From the IMG/VR virus record IMGVR_UViG_3300044825_001064, positions 1,805 to 65,804 of that record: DNA of 64,000 bases. One strand, 5' to 3'. Source of the DNA: a virus. Lineage: Duplodnaviria; Caudoviricetes. The position numbers and the translations under genes are program-made. The notes beneath the pieces were generated by a model. It saw only the letters and a program-made list of their open reading frames with translations. It had not been told where the DNA came from and did no database searches. Shown here in pieces: positions 8,722 through 17,535 of this stretch (positions within the stretch are counted from its first letter, which is position 1; each line of letters starts with the position of its first letter).

Positions 8722-8841
8722 TAATATAGGGTAGTATGGCACGTCGGGAGACGCCCGGAGGCCCTATTCTTGCAACGCCCAAGACAGCAAGGATTTTGTA
8801 CCAAATGCGGGCACTTACACACAAACACATAGGAGAAATAC

Positions 8842-9099
8842 ATGAATCCATTTGAATTACGCTACGACTTACTCAAGACTTCTAAAGAGTTTTTGACCGA
8901 ACAATACAACGCCCAACTCAAGGCTTGGGAACTACTGGACGAAGCCGGCAAAAAAGTGCTGGAAAACGCGCCCAAGTTTCCGACGATGGACGAGATTATC
9001 AACAATGCTGTTGAGATGAACAAGTTCATTAGCAATGCAGTTGAGACTCAGCTGGTTGATGGCGTTAAACGAATTAACAGGATTACCGCTGTTTTCTAA
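8842..9099 (+). CDS. Conserved phage hypothetical protein (NPFELRxxLL...FPTxxEI family)
   Basis: SD AGGAG; recognisable motif. Confidence 0.75.
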   Translation: MNPFELRYDLLKTSKEFLTEQYNAQLKAWELLDEAGKKVLENAPKFPTMDEIINNAVEMNKFISNAVETQLVDGVKRINRITAVF

Positions 9100-9194
9100 A
9101 CGGGAACTTTTCTATTTATCACTCGCACCCATAGCTCTATTCATAACCTATAAGGTAAGTTTAGAGCTGTGGTGCCTAACCTATGGGCTATTTT

Positions 9195-9548
9195 ATGGAC
9201 GGATTTAAAAAATTACCAAAAATGAATACTGGCGGCACAGTTAAAAAAATGTCCGATGGTAGACTAACTGGCTCATTATCTGATAAAGATAGCGAAATGA
9301 TGAGCATTTCGTCCACTAAAGGTGCATTATCTGATAAAGATTTAAAACAAACAAGACGAAAATCAGTTGAAATGCCAACAAGTAATTATAAAGATGGCGG
9401 ATCTGCACGACCCGGCCTCTATGCCAATATCGCGGCCAAGCGTCGTCGTATTGCCGAAGGATCTGGCGAGAAGATGCGCAAACCTGGTGACCCAGGCGCG
9501 CCAACTAAAGACGCGTTTATTCAATCTGCTAAGACCGCAAAGAAATAA
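9195..9548 (+). CDS. Basic virion-type protein with xxGG motifs
   Basis: MNTGG, YKDGG, then the PGLYANIAAKRRRI...SAKTAKK module; start taken at ATG 9195. Confidence 0.7.
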   Translation: MDGFKKLPKMNTGGTVKKMSDGRLTGSLSDKDSEMMSISSTKGALSDKDLKQTRRKSVEMPTSNYKDGGSARPGLYANIAAKRRRIAEGSGEKMRKPGDPGAPTKDAFIQSAKTAKK

Positions 9549-9814
9549 TGGCAACTAAAAAGAAAGGCCCATCGCTGGCTGTAGGGCGCGGAGAAAAGTT
9601 ACCAGTATCTCAAGGCGCTGGATTGACTGCTAAAGGTCGCGCAAAATACAATCGTGAGACGGGCTCAAATTTAAAGGCCCCTCAACCAGAGGGCGGCCCT
9701 CGTAAAAAATCATTCTGCGCCCGCATGTCAGGCATGCCTGGTCCTATGAAGGATGAGCAAGGCAGGCCAACACGCAAGGCAGCTAGTTTAAAAAGGTGGA
9801 AGTGTGGCAGCTAA
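9548..9814 (+). CDS. DUF6321-like small basic protein
   Basis: GLTAKGRAKYN...LKAP...RKKSFCARM...SLKRWKC. Confidence 0.8.
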   Translation: MATKKKGPSLAVGRGEKLPVSQGAGLTAKGRAKYNRETGSNLKAPQPEGGPRKKSFCARMSGMPGPMKDEQGRPTRKAASLKRWKCGS

Positions 9815-10193
9815 GAAACCAATCAAACCAACATTTACCAAAGAGATGGCTGAGATCATCTTGAACTTAGGTAAGATGGGGGCATCCCAAAAAGCCATGT
9901 ATGCGGCCATTAACATTAGTAAGTCCACAGCTGCAAAGTGGAAACAAGACGATCCGTTCTTTGCCGAAACCATGGACTTGGCCACCACTTATGGGCAAGC
10001 CTATTGGGAAAACATGATGCTTGCTAATCTGGACAACCGCGCTTTTAACAGCCGCGTTGCTGAGATTGCTTTACGCGGCCAATATCCAGACGATTACAAA
10101 GACCGCATGGATGTAAAATCAAACGTAAAACAAGAGGTTACAATCGACTTCCAAAAAGAAGTGTCTGACTTGATCGCCGCCCTAAAATCCTAA
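9804..10193 (+). CDS. Putative terminase small subunit / DNA-packaging HTH protein
   Basis: N-terminal HTH (GKMGASQKAM...ISKSTAAKWKQDDPFFAE), then QAYWE and YPDDY, as in TerS-like proteins. Confidence 0.65.
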   Translation: MAAKKPIKPTFTKEMAEIILNLGKMGASQKAMYAAINISKSTAAKWKQDDPFFAETMDLATTYGQAYWENMMLANLDNRAFNSRVAEIALRGQYPDDYKDRMDVKSNVKQEVTIDFQKEVSDLIAALKS

Positions 10194-10217
10194 AAATATA
10201 TTTTTTCAGTTTTTGTC

Positions 10218-10245
10218 AAAAAGCCACCTAATTGGTGGCTTTTTT
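10218..10245 (+). terminator. Intrinsic (bidirectional-type) terminator AAAAAGCCACC-TAATT-GGTGGCTTTTT
   Basis: Perfect inverted repeat with T-tract after the TerS-like gene. Confidence 0.85.
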
Positions 10246-10255
10246 GCGTATTAGT
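10246..10255 (+). promoter_or_regulatory. Phage promoter -10 box GCGTATTAGT (no TAGGGC)
   Basis: Motif copy directly after the terminator, upstream of DUF2800. Confidence 0.75.
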
Positions 10256-10287
10256 AAGAGTACGATAAACCGAATTGAAAGAATAAT

Positions 10288-11415
10288 ATGACCGCGCATG
10301 CTCTACTGAGCGCTTCCGGCTCTAAGCGATGGCTAACTTGCACGCCGTCCGCTCGCCTCGAAGCTACACTTCCCGAACCAAAACGTGGCTCCAATGCTTT
10401 TGACTTTAGTCAAGAAGGCACGATGGCCCACTCTTTGGGCGAGATCAAGTTACGATATCATTATGGGCAGATTGGAATTGAGGAGTTTGAACGTGAATAC
10501 GAAATCATTAAAAACACGCCGTACTACAACGAAGAGTTTGAAGCATATGTCGACAATTACGTCCTCTATGTACGATCCCAAATCGGTGAGGGCGATCTAC
10601 CACTTTTTGAACAGCGTGTGGACTTCTCTGACTGGGTTCCTGATGGCTTTGGTACAGCCGATGTGGTTATACTTTCTAAGCACTCCGTTCGAGTCATCGA
10701 CCTCAAATTTGGGAAGGGTGTGCCAATCTATGCACTCGACAACCCACAACTACGACTATATGCTCTTGGTGCATATTCAAAATTTAAAGAAGATTTTCCG
10801 GACATCAAAGAGGTTTCCTACACGATCCTCCAGCCTCGCTTGGACAGCATATCAACTGACGGCACCACAGTCACCAAGCTACTCGATTGGGCTAACTCCT
10901 TCGTTAAACCCAAAGCAAAAAAGGCTTGGGCTGGCGTAGGCGAGTTTTTACCTGGCGATCATTGTCAATTTTGTAAAGCAAAAGCGCAATGCCGCGCCCG
11001 CTCCGATTTCAACAACGAGCTGGCTAAATTAGAATTTAGGCCACCGCCATTACTAGACGAAAAAGAAATGCAATTAGTATTGGCAAAAGCACAAGACTTA
11101 CGTACGTGGGTCAATGATGTAGAAGAGTACGCATTAGAAAAAGCGATTAATGAAAATGTTATACCCGAAGGATACAAGCTATCCAATTCAGTAACACACC
11201 GCAAGATTTCAGATCATGAACTCGCCGCAGTAGTGTTAAAAGAAAAGGGCATGAACGAGGAACTAATCTGGGAACCTCGCAAGCTCAAATCAATAGCCTC
11301 ATTAGAAAAGATCAACAAACAAGTTGCAGCATGGTTGGGCGATTTAGTATTACGGCCAGACGGTGCGCCTAAACTTGTGAGAGCCAAGGAAACAGCTAAG
11401 GAGGACTTTAAATGA
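10288..11415 (+). CDS. DUF2800 PD-(D/E)xK (Cas4-like) exonuclease
   Basis: HALLSASGSKRWLTC, EQRVDFS...GFGTAD, IDLKFGKG, QLRLYALG, GDHCQFCKAK..C. Confidence 0.92.
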   Translation: MTAHALLSASGSKRWLTCTPSARLEATLPEPKRGSNAFDFSQEGTMAHSLGEIKLRYHYGQIGIEEFEREYEIIKNTPYYNEEFEAYVDNYVLYVRSQIGEGDLPLFEQRVDFSDWVPDGFGTADVVILSKHSVRVIDLKFGKGVPIYALDNPQLRLYALGAYSKFKEDFPDIKEVSYTILQPRLDSISTDGTTVTKLLDWANSFVKPKAKKAWAGVGEFLPGDHCQFCKAKAQCRARSDFNNELAKLEFRPPPLLDEKEMQLVLAKAQDLRTWVNDVEEYALEKAINENVIPEGYKLSNSVTHRKISDHELAAVVLKEKGMNEELIWEPRKLKSIASLEKINKQVAAWLGDLVLRPDGAPKLVRAKETAKEDFK

Positions 11416-11518
11416 TTAAAAAACTTATTCGCTTTATTTTGTCTAAGCACTGCCCATGTTACAAGATGGGGTACAATAAACACTGCGACTTCACTAACCA
11501 AAAGATCGGTGGTAAAAA

Positions 11519-12139
11519 ATGAGATTGCAGAATCTTGGAGATTTTAAATTTATTGGAGACTTAAGTCTTCAGGACGCCGACGTACTGTGCTGCTACGGCA
11601 GACAGGCTCGCAGGATATTAGAGTTTGGCGTTGGGGGCAGCACGCAGCTGTTTGCCCAGTGCAAACCAGAACTGTTATACAGCGTTGAGACCGATCCTGA
11701 GTGGGTCGGCTTGACAAGAAAACGACTAGATCTCATATCAGACAAAACCAATCCAGTTTTCTTTTTATATAACAGCGTTGACCAAATCATTAAAGAACCC
11801 ATTTATGATTTGATTTTTGTTGACGGCGTTGACAATATGCGTTTAGATTTTGCAATCAAAACTTGGAACGCGTTGAAGGTTGGCGGTGTAATGTTATTCC
11901 ATGACACACGCAGGCCACAGGACTTCAAAAACGCCGCATGGGTAGCTCAGTTATTTTTTAACGAAATCAGCCGCATGTATATCAACATGCCAGCTAGTAA
12001 CGGAGTGAGCAGTAACATCACTATCTTGGTTAAGAAAAAATTCGAGCCATACATTAACTGGAACCACGCTGAAAACAAACCAATGTCAGCATACAGTGCA
12101 CCAGGCACTGAGAGCATGGAACTGTGGGGTCAATCATGA
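11519..12139 (+). CDS. Class I SAM-dependent methyltransferase (Methyltransf_24-like)
   Basis: ILEFGVGGST, SVETD, YDLIFVDG, LKVGGVMLFHD. Confidence 0.85.
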   Translation: MRLQNLGDFKFIGDLSLQDADVLCCYGRQARRILEFGVGGSTQLFAQCKPELLYSVETDPEWVGLTRKRLDLISDKTNPVFFLYNSVDQIIKEPIYDLIFVDGVDNMRLDFAIKTWNALKVGGVMLFHDTRRPQDFKNAAWVAQLFFNEISRMYINMPASNGVSSNITILVKKKFEPYINWNHAENKPMSAYSAPGTESMELWGQS

Positions 12140-12285
12140 GTGCGTGGCTTATCGCAACAATTGGCGTAGTCTATTTTATTATTGCTATGGATCTTTTTTG
12201 GAAGGGGCAAGTTGGACTGGGCATCAGTTTCCTAGGCTATAGTTTAGGTAACGTTGGCCTGTACATGGTGGCAAAACAACTATAA
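12136..12285 (+). CDS. Small membrane protein (49 aa)
   Basis: Hand translation MSAWLIATIGVVYF...GYSLGNVGLYM. Confidence 0.6.
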   Translation: MSAWLIATIGVVYFIIAMDLFWKGQVGLGISFLGYSLGNVGLYMVAKQL

Positions 12286-12296
12286 TAAGGGCACCT

Positions 12297-12554
12297 ATGC
12301 TAGTCAAGTATTTTGACGCGGAATTTGATATTCCGGATATACTTATAAACAAATTTATTAAAGACTTTGACGGCCTTCCAGGCAGCGGGCAACATGAATC
12401 AATTGCCCAAATCCGAAATGCCATCTACGAAGTTCTTGATGCTGTTGCAGAAGAACCAGAAATATTGCATGAACCGGAGTATCTGTCTGATTTTATTCGG
12501 GCCTTGGCAATACAACGGGCTTTAGAAACACACGGTATTTTGTACGATGCGTGA
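12297..12554 (+). CDS. Hypothetical protein
   Basis: SD AAGGG; ORF track. Confidence 0.6.
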   Translation: MLVKYFDAEFDIPDILINKFIKDFDGLPGSGQHESIAQIRNAIYEVLDAVAEEPEILHEPEYLSDFIRALAIQRALETHGILYDA

Positions 12555-12589
12555 TTTATCACATTGTGAAAAAAATAATGTTATGATTT

Positions 12590-12599
12590 GCGTATTAGT
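12590..12599 (+). promoter_or_regulatory. Phage promoter -10 box GCGTATTAGT (no TAGGGC), with palindrome TCACATTGTGA at 12559-12569
   Basis: Motif copy upstream of the SSB gene. Confidence 0.75.
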
Positions 12600-12664
12600 A
12601 TAAGTAAGGGTAGACGAGCTGGCCCCTATTGAAGTCCAGTTCTAACGTTTAAAAAGGTAATATC

Positions 12665-13183
12665 ATGACACAAGCAGCTAAAGTAAAAGTTGTAACTGGT
12701 AAGGTTCGTTTCTCCTATGCCAACGTATTCACTCCCAAAGCCTCCGTTGAGGGCGGTGCACCTAAGTACTCCGTTTCTATCATCATTCCTAAATCGGATA
12801 AAGAAACTATCGCTAAATTGCAAAAAGCATTTGAGGACACCAAAGCCGGTGCGGCAGCCTATTTTGGCGGCACAGTACCAAAAGGTCTCAAAGGCGGTTT
12901 GCGTGATGGCGACGAAGAGAAAGACGATCCAGCATACGCTAACAGCTATTTTATCAACGCTAACTCGGCACAAAAGCCCGGCGTTGTAGATGCTGACCTC
13001 AATCCAATCTTGGATCAGTCAGAGTTTTATAGTGGCTGCTATGGCCGCGCTTCAATCACGTTCTACCCATACAATGCCCAAGGTTCTAAAGGTATTGCAT
13101 GTGGCTTGAACAATGTTCAAAAGTTAGAAGACGGCGAGAAATTAGGCGGCGCAACATCCGCCGCAGCAGACTTCGCAGTTTAA
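12665..13183 (+). CDS. DUF2815 single-stranded DNA-binding protein (Enc34/T7 gp2.5-like)
   Basis: VRFSYANVF, LRDGD, FYSGCYGRASI, GIACGLNNVQKL.DGE.LGG. Confidence 0.93.
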   Translation: MTQAAKVKVVTGKVRFSYANVFTPKASVEGGAPKYSVSIIIPKSDKETIAKLQKAFEDTKAGAAAYFGGTVPKGLKGGLRDGDEEKDDPAYANSYFINANSAQKPGVVDADLNPILDQSEFYSGCYGRASITFYPYNAQGSKGIACGLNNVQKLEDGEKLGGATSAAADFAV

Positions 13184-13198
13184 GTAGTCAGTAGCACA

Positions 13199-13232
13199 GG
13201 GAGTGCCCGTAGAAACTGCGGCCTCCCTTTTT
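13199..13232 (+). terminator. Intrinsic terminator-like hairpin between ssb and nrdJ
   Basis: GGGAG..GCC.GTAG-AAA-CTGC-GGC-CTCCC-TTTTT. Confidence 0.65.
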
Positions 13233-13262
13233 CATCAACCCATATAACATAGAGAATAATAC

Positions 13263-15137
13263 ATGGATCAGTATCAAGAATACATCGCCGCCAGTCGCTA
13301 CGCACGTTTTATCGATGATAAGCAACGTAGAGAGACATGGGCCGAAACAGTAAATCGTTACGTAGAATATATTTTTAGTCGTACCCCTGCAATACAAGAA
13401 AACACAGAATTAAAGAATGAAATTTTTGATGCAATCCATAACTTAGATTTGATGCCGTCCATGCGAGCCATGATGACGGCAGGAAAGAGTGCTGATCGTG
13501 ACAATACTTGCGTCTATAATTGCTCGTATCTCCCAGTGGATGACCCCAAGTCCTTTGACGAAGCCATGTTCATCCTGCTCTGCGGTACTGGCGTTGGATT
13601 CTCAGTTGAATCCAAGTACATTAACAACTTGCCCGAAGTGCCAGAAACTCTGTTTGATTCAGAGCATACGATTGTCGTCCACGATAGTAAGGAAGGATGG
13701 GCAAAGTCATTACGTTTACTCATTGCACACCTCTACGCCGGAGAAATCCCAAAATGGGACGTCAGCAGCATTAGACCAGCGGGAGCGCGACTCAAAACAT
13801 TTGGTGGACGAGCTTCAGGGCCGGAACCATTAGTTGACTTGTTTAAGTTTGCGGTCAATACATTCAAGCATGCGGCTGGCCGTAAGTTGCATTCATTAGA
13901 ATGTCATGATCTAATGTGTAAGATTGGTGAGGTAGTTGTCGTGGGTGGCGTGCGCCGCTCGGCCATGATCTCGCTATCTGATCTTGATGATGAAAGGATT
14001 CGTCATGCCAAAGCTGGACCATGGTGGGAAACAGCTCCTCATAGAGCACTTGCAAACAATTCAGCCGTCTATAATGAAACTCCGACAGTGGGGAAGTTTA
14101 TGGAGGAATGGCTTTCTTTATATAATTCTCACAGTGGCGAACGTGGTATATTTAACCGGGAAGCTGCAAAGAAAACTGTGGCAAAGTATGGTCACCGTGA
14201 TCCAAACTTTGAGTTCGGCACAAACCCGTGCTCGGAAATTATTCTTCGGCCTTATCAGTTTTGTAACCTCACGGAAGCGGTAGTACGCCATGATGACACT
14301 GAAGAAACGCTTCTTAGAAAAGTACGAATTGCTTCGATTCTTGGCACAATACAGGCCACCTTTACAAAGTTTCCGTATCTGCGCAAAGTGTGGCAGCGTA
14401 ACACCGAGGAAGAAAGATTGTTGGGAGTGTCGCTTACAGGAATTTACGACAACCCATTGCTCACAACACAAGGAGATAAACTAAATGACTTACTATCGCG
14501 ACTTCGAGAGGAAGCTCGAAGAACCAATGAGGAATACGCAGCTTTGCTCGGAATACCTAAGAGTGCTGCGATCACTTGCGTTAAACCATCCGGAACCGTC
14601 AGCCAGCTTGTTGATAGCGCATCTGGAATACACCCAAGACATAGTAAGTACTATATCCGCCGAGTTAGAGGCGATAAAAAAGACCCTCTTACACAGTTCT
14701 TAATCCAACAAGGAATCCCAAATGAGGCTTGCGTTTATAAACCGGATCAGACAGTTGTGTTTAGCTTTCCTCAAAAAGCACCCGCCGGAATCACCCGAGC
14801 AGATGTCAGTCCTATTGACCATCTTGAGTTATGGCTCACTTATCAAAGGCACTGGTGCGAGCACAAACCCTCTGTCACCATCTCAGTATCAGAAAATGAC
14901 TGGCCAAGGGTCGGCGCCTGGACGTGGGAACAATTCGGGGAAATTAGTGGTGTCAGCTACCTCCCTTATGATGGCGGAACATATCGCCAAGCCCCGTACG
15001 AAGAGTGCACCGAAGAAGAATACAACGAGCTCAAAGCCAAAGTCCCTACGATCAACTGGAACGAGTTCAAAGAAGTAACTGATAACGTCGAGGGTGCGCA
15101 GCAGTTAGCCTGTAGCGCAGGTTCTTGTGAGATCTGA
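13263..15137 (+). CDS. nrdJ: Class II (adenosylcobalamin-dependent) ribonucleotide reductase
   Basis: MPSMR, YNCSY, GGVRRSA, TNPCSEI, TCVKPSGT, C-terminal ACSAGSCEI; no small subunit gene. Confidence 0.95.
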   Translation: MDQYQEYIAASRYARFIDDKQRRETWAETVNRYVEYIFSRTPAIQENTELKNEIFDAIHNLDLMPSMRAMMTAGKSADRDNTCVYNCSYLPVDDPKSFDEAMFILLCGTGVGFSVESKYINNLPEVPETLFDSEHTIVVHDSKEGWAKSLRLLIAHLYAGEIPKWDVSSIRPAGARLKTFGGRASGPEPLVDLFKFAVNTFKHAAGRKLHSLECHDLMCKIGEVVVVGGVRRSAMISLSDLDDERIRHAKAGPWWETAPHRALANNSAVYNETPTVGKFMEEWLSLYNSHSGERGIFNREAAKKTVAKYGHRDPNFEFGTNPCSEIILRPYQFCNLTEAVVRHDDTEETLLRKVRIASILGTIQATFTKFPYLRKVWQRNTEEERLLGVSLTGIYDNPLLTTQGDKLNDLLSRLREEARRTNEEYAALLGIPKSAAITCVKPSGTVSQLVDSASGIHPRHSKYYIRRVRGDKKDPLTQFLIQQGIPNEACVYKPDQTVVFSFPQKAPAGITRADVSPIDHLELWLTYQRHWCEHKPSVTISVSENDWPRVGAWTWEQFGEISGVSYLPYDGGTYRQAPYEECTEEEYNELKAKVPTINWNEFKEVTDNVEGAQQLACSAGSCEI

Positions 15138-15318
15138 AGTTTGGAAGTGCCCGCCACTCAACCTCTTTAACTGGAGCATTGCGTGGCGGTGGAAAGAGTC
15201 AACTAGGCGCGGAGAGTATCAAGGACATGGGGATTTTCCTAGTTTCTAACCATGGTATCAACGAATAGGCAGGCGTAGCTTGTAACCTCTCCACAGTTTT
15301 TCTGGTAGGGTGATGTTT

Positions 15319-15344
15319 GGGGGCGCAGTACGGCCCCCTTTTTT
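15319..15344 (+). terminator. Intrinsic terminator GGGGGC..GCCCCC-T6
   Basis: GC hairpin plus T-tract. Confidence 0.75.
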
Positions 15345-15356
15345 AAAGGAAATAAA

Positions 15357-15569
15357 ATGAGCAATTTTATAGTTCTTGATTTACAGTCTGGCGCAATGGA
15401 TGGATTTTACAGCCATAAAGAAATGGCGGACAAAATGCTGCCATTTTTTAATGAACGACATCCTAATCATATGTGGGTTGTAGTAGAAGTTGTGACGCCA
15501 TTAAAAGGAATGCACATACCAGATAGTGCATGGCACACAGATAGATTAGGTTACGGAACACACGCATAA
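15357..15569 (+). CDS. Hypothetical protein
   Basis: SD AAAGGA; ORF track. Confidence 0.6.
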   Translation: MSNFIVLDLQSGAMDGFYSHKEMADKMLPFFNERHPNHMWVVVEVVTPLKGMHIPDSAWHTDRLGYGTHA

Positions 15570-15609
15570 GACAAAAACCGCAGATACGTCTGCTTGCCTA
15601 AGGAGCACT

Positions 15610-17535
15610 ATGATTTATTCGATTGACTTTGAGACCCGCAGTAAAGTAGATATAACAGAAGTGGGCCTTGACATTTACGCCAACGACCCAAGCACGGAGG
15701 TGCTGTGTATTGCGTATGGTATCTACCCACAATCTGTTGGTGTATTCTCACCACAAACTATTAATTCTTTTGCACCAAACGAGCTAATTGAACACGTCCG
15801 CAATGGCGGCAAGATAGCTGCTTGGAACGCCATGTTCGAGTACGCAATCTGGAACTGCGTCTGCGTGCCAAAGTACGGCTGGCCAGAGCTAAAGCTAGAG
15901 CAGTGCATTGACACCATGGCCGTAGCCGCGGCCAACAACGTGCCTCAGAGCCTTGATGATGCAGGTACATTTATGGATTCCCAGCATAAAAAAGATAAAA
16001 GAGGCGATTATCTAGTAAAAAGAAGCGGCCTCTGCAAACCTAATATTAAAGGAATCTTTAATACCGATCCATCATTGTTAAATGAACTTTATCAGTACTG
16101 TGCCCAGGACGTGCGTACAGAGATGGCCATTGCCGCCCTTCTAAGGCCCCTAGACGCCTCTGAGCAGGACATTTGGACCCTGACCCAGCGGATCAACACA
16201 AGGGGCGTTCCAGTGGACCCTATGGAGCTCCAGAATGCCGTTATCGCTGTGAATAAGGCGCAGGCAGCTATTGACGAGGAATGTATTGCCCTGACGGGCC
16301 ACAAGCCCAGTGAGCGGGAAAAGCTGCTTAATTGGCTCAATGAACAAGGCGCCGGCATGGACGATTTGACCGAAAAGACCGTCTCAAAAATGCTGCAGTG
16401 CAGCATTCACGCGCGTGTAAAAAAAGCGCTGCAGTTACGCCAAGAAGGCAGCCAAACTAGCGTGGCTAAGTACGCTAAGATGTTGGGGGTGCAACGAAAT
16501 GGCAGGATCCGAAATACGCTTGTCTACCATGGGGCTAGTACTGGTCGCTGGGCTAGTCGTGGCGGACTTAATCTACAGAATATTGCCCGTCCCACAATCA
16601 GTGACGAACAGATTGAGAGAGCGATTGTTCATGTCTTTGATGGTCAGACTGGTAGTATGGGAGAACTATCCTCTTTGGTTCGAAGTGCAATCAAGGCGCC
16701 AGATGGAAAGACCTTTGTGGATGTGGATTTCAGCTCGATTGAAAACCGAGTTGGGGTCTGGCTAGCAGGGCAAAAAGATAAGATTGAGATGTTTAGAAAG
16801 GGATTAGATGAATACAAAACGTTCGCCAGTACTTCGCTTTATCGGGTTCCATACGATAGCGTTACTAAGGACCAGCGCCAAGTTGCTAAGTCCGCTGTGT
16901 TGGGCGCAATGTTTGGCCAAGGTGCGAAAGGCCTTGTCAAATATGCCGAGGGGATGGGGGTCAAGTTAACTGAGCCGCAAGCCAAGAATGCGGTAGATAA
17001 TTACCGCATGTCGTATGCGCTAGTCAAGGAGTTGTGGGCCGCGTGTGAGAATGCGGCCACAGAAGCAATCAATACGCCCAACACGCCGTTTGCGGCTGGC
17101 AAGCATATTGTGATGAAGGTTGCGAAGGATGTTCTTTGGATGCGCCTACCGAGTGGCAGACTGATCTGTTGGCAGCGGCCAAAGCTCGAGTTGGTCACCA
17201 CTCCGTGGGGTGCGGAGAAGTTTGGCGTCACCGTCCACGGGCAAAATACCTACAGCCGGCAATGGACTCGGAACCAACTCATCGGTAGCAGTATCTTCCA
17301 AAGTGCTGTTCAAGCGACTGCTAGGGATTTCCTCGCCCACGCCATGATAGGCTTGGACGCGGCCGGTTATGAGATCATAAACTCCGTACACGATGAAGTA
17401 CTCCTCTTAGTGGAAGAACAAAACGGGGAGTCCGCAATGAATGATGTGATCCGTATTATGACCACGCCACCACCATGGGCTCCCGATTTTCCTCTTGCAG
17501 CTGAGGGTTGGTACGGTAAACGCTACAGGAAATAA
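15610..17535 (+). CDS. polA: Family A DNA polymerase with 3'-5' exonuclease
   Basis: ExoI DFET; TGRWA, NLQN; motif A DFSSIENRV; motif B RQVAKSAVLGAMFG; motif C VHDE. Confidence 0.95.
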   Translation: MIYSIDFETRSKVDITEVGLDIYANDPSTEVLCIAYGIYPQSVGVFSPQTINSFAPNELIEHVRNGGKIAAWNAMFEYAIWNCVCVPKYGWPELKLEQCIDTMAVAAANNVPQSLDDAGTFMDSQHKKDKRGDYLVKRSGLCKPNIKGIFNTDPSLLNELYQYCAQDVRTEMAIAALLRPLDASEQDIWTLTQRINTRGVPVDPMELQNAVIAVNKAQAAIDEECIALTGHKPSEREKLLNWLNEQGAGMDDLTEKTVSKMLQCSIHARVKKALQLRQEGSQTSVAKYAKMLGVQRNGRIRNTLVYHGASTGRWASRGGLNLQNIARPTISDEQIERAIVHVFDGQTGSMGELSSLVRSAIKAPDGKTFVDVDFSSIENRVGVWLAGQKDKIEMFRKGLDEYKTFASTSLYRVPYDSVTKDQRQVAKSAVLGAMFGQGAKGLVKYAEGMGVKLTEPQAKNAVDNYRMSYALVKELWAACENAATEAINTPNTPFAAGKHIVMKVAKDVLWMRLPSGRLICWQRPKLELVTTPWGAEKFGVTVHGQNTYSRQWTRNQLIGSSIFQSAVQATARDFLAHAMIGLDAAGYEIINSVHDEVLLLVEEQNGESAMNDVIRIMTTPPPWAPDFPLAAEGWYGKRYRK

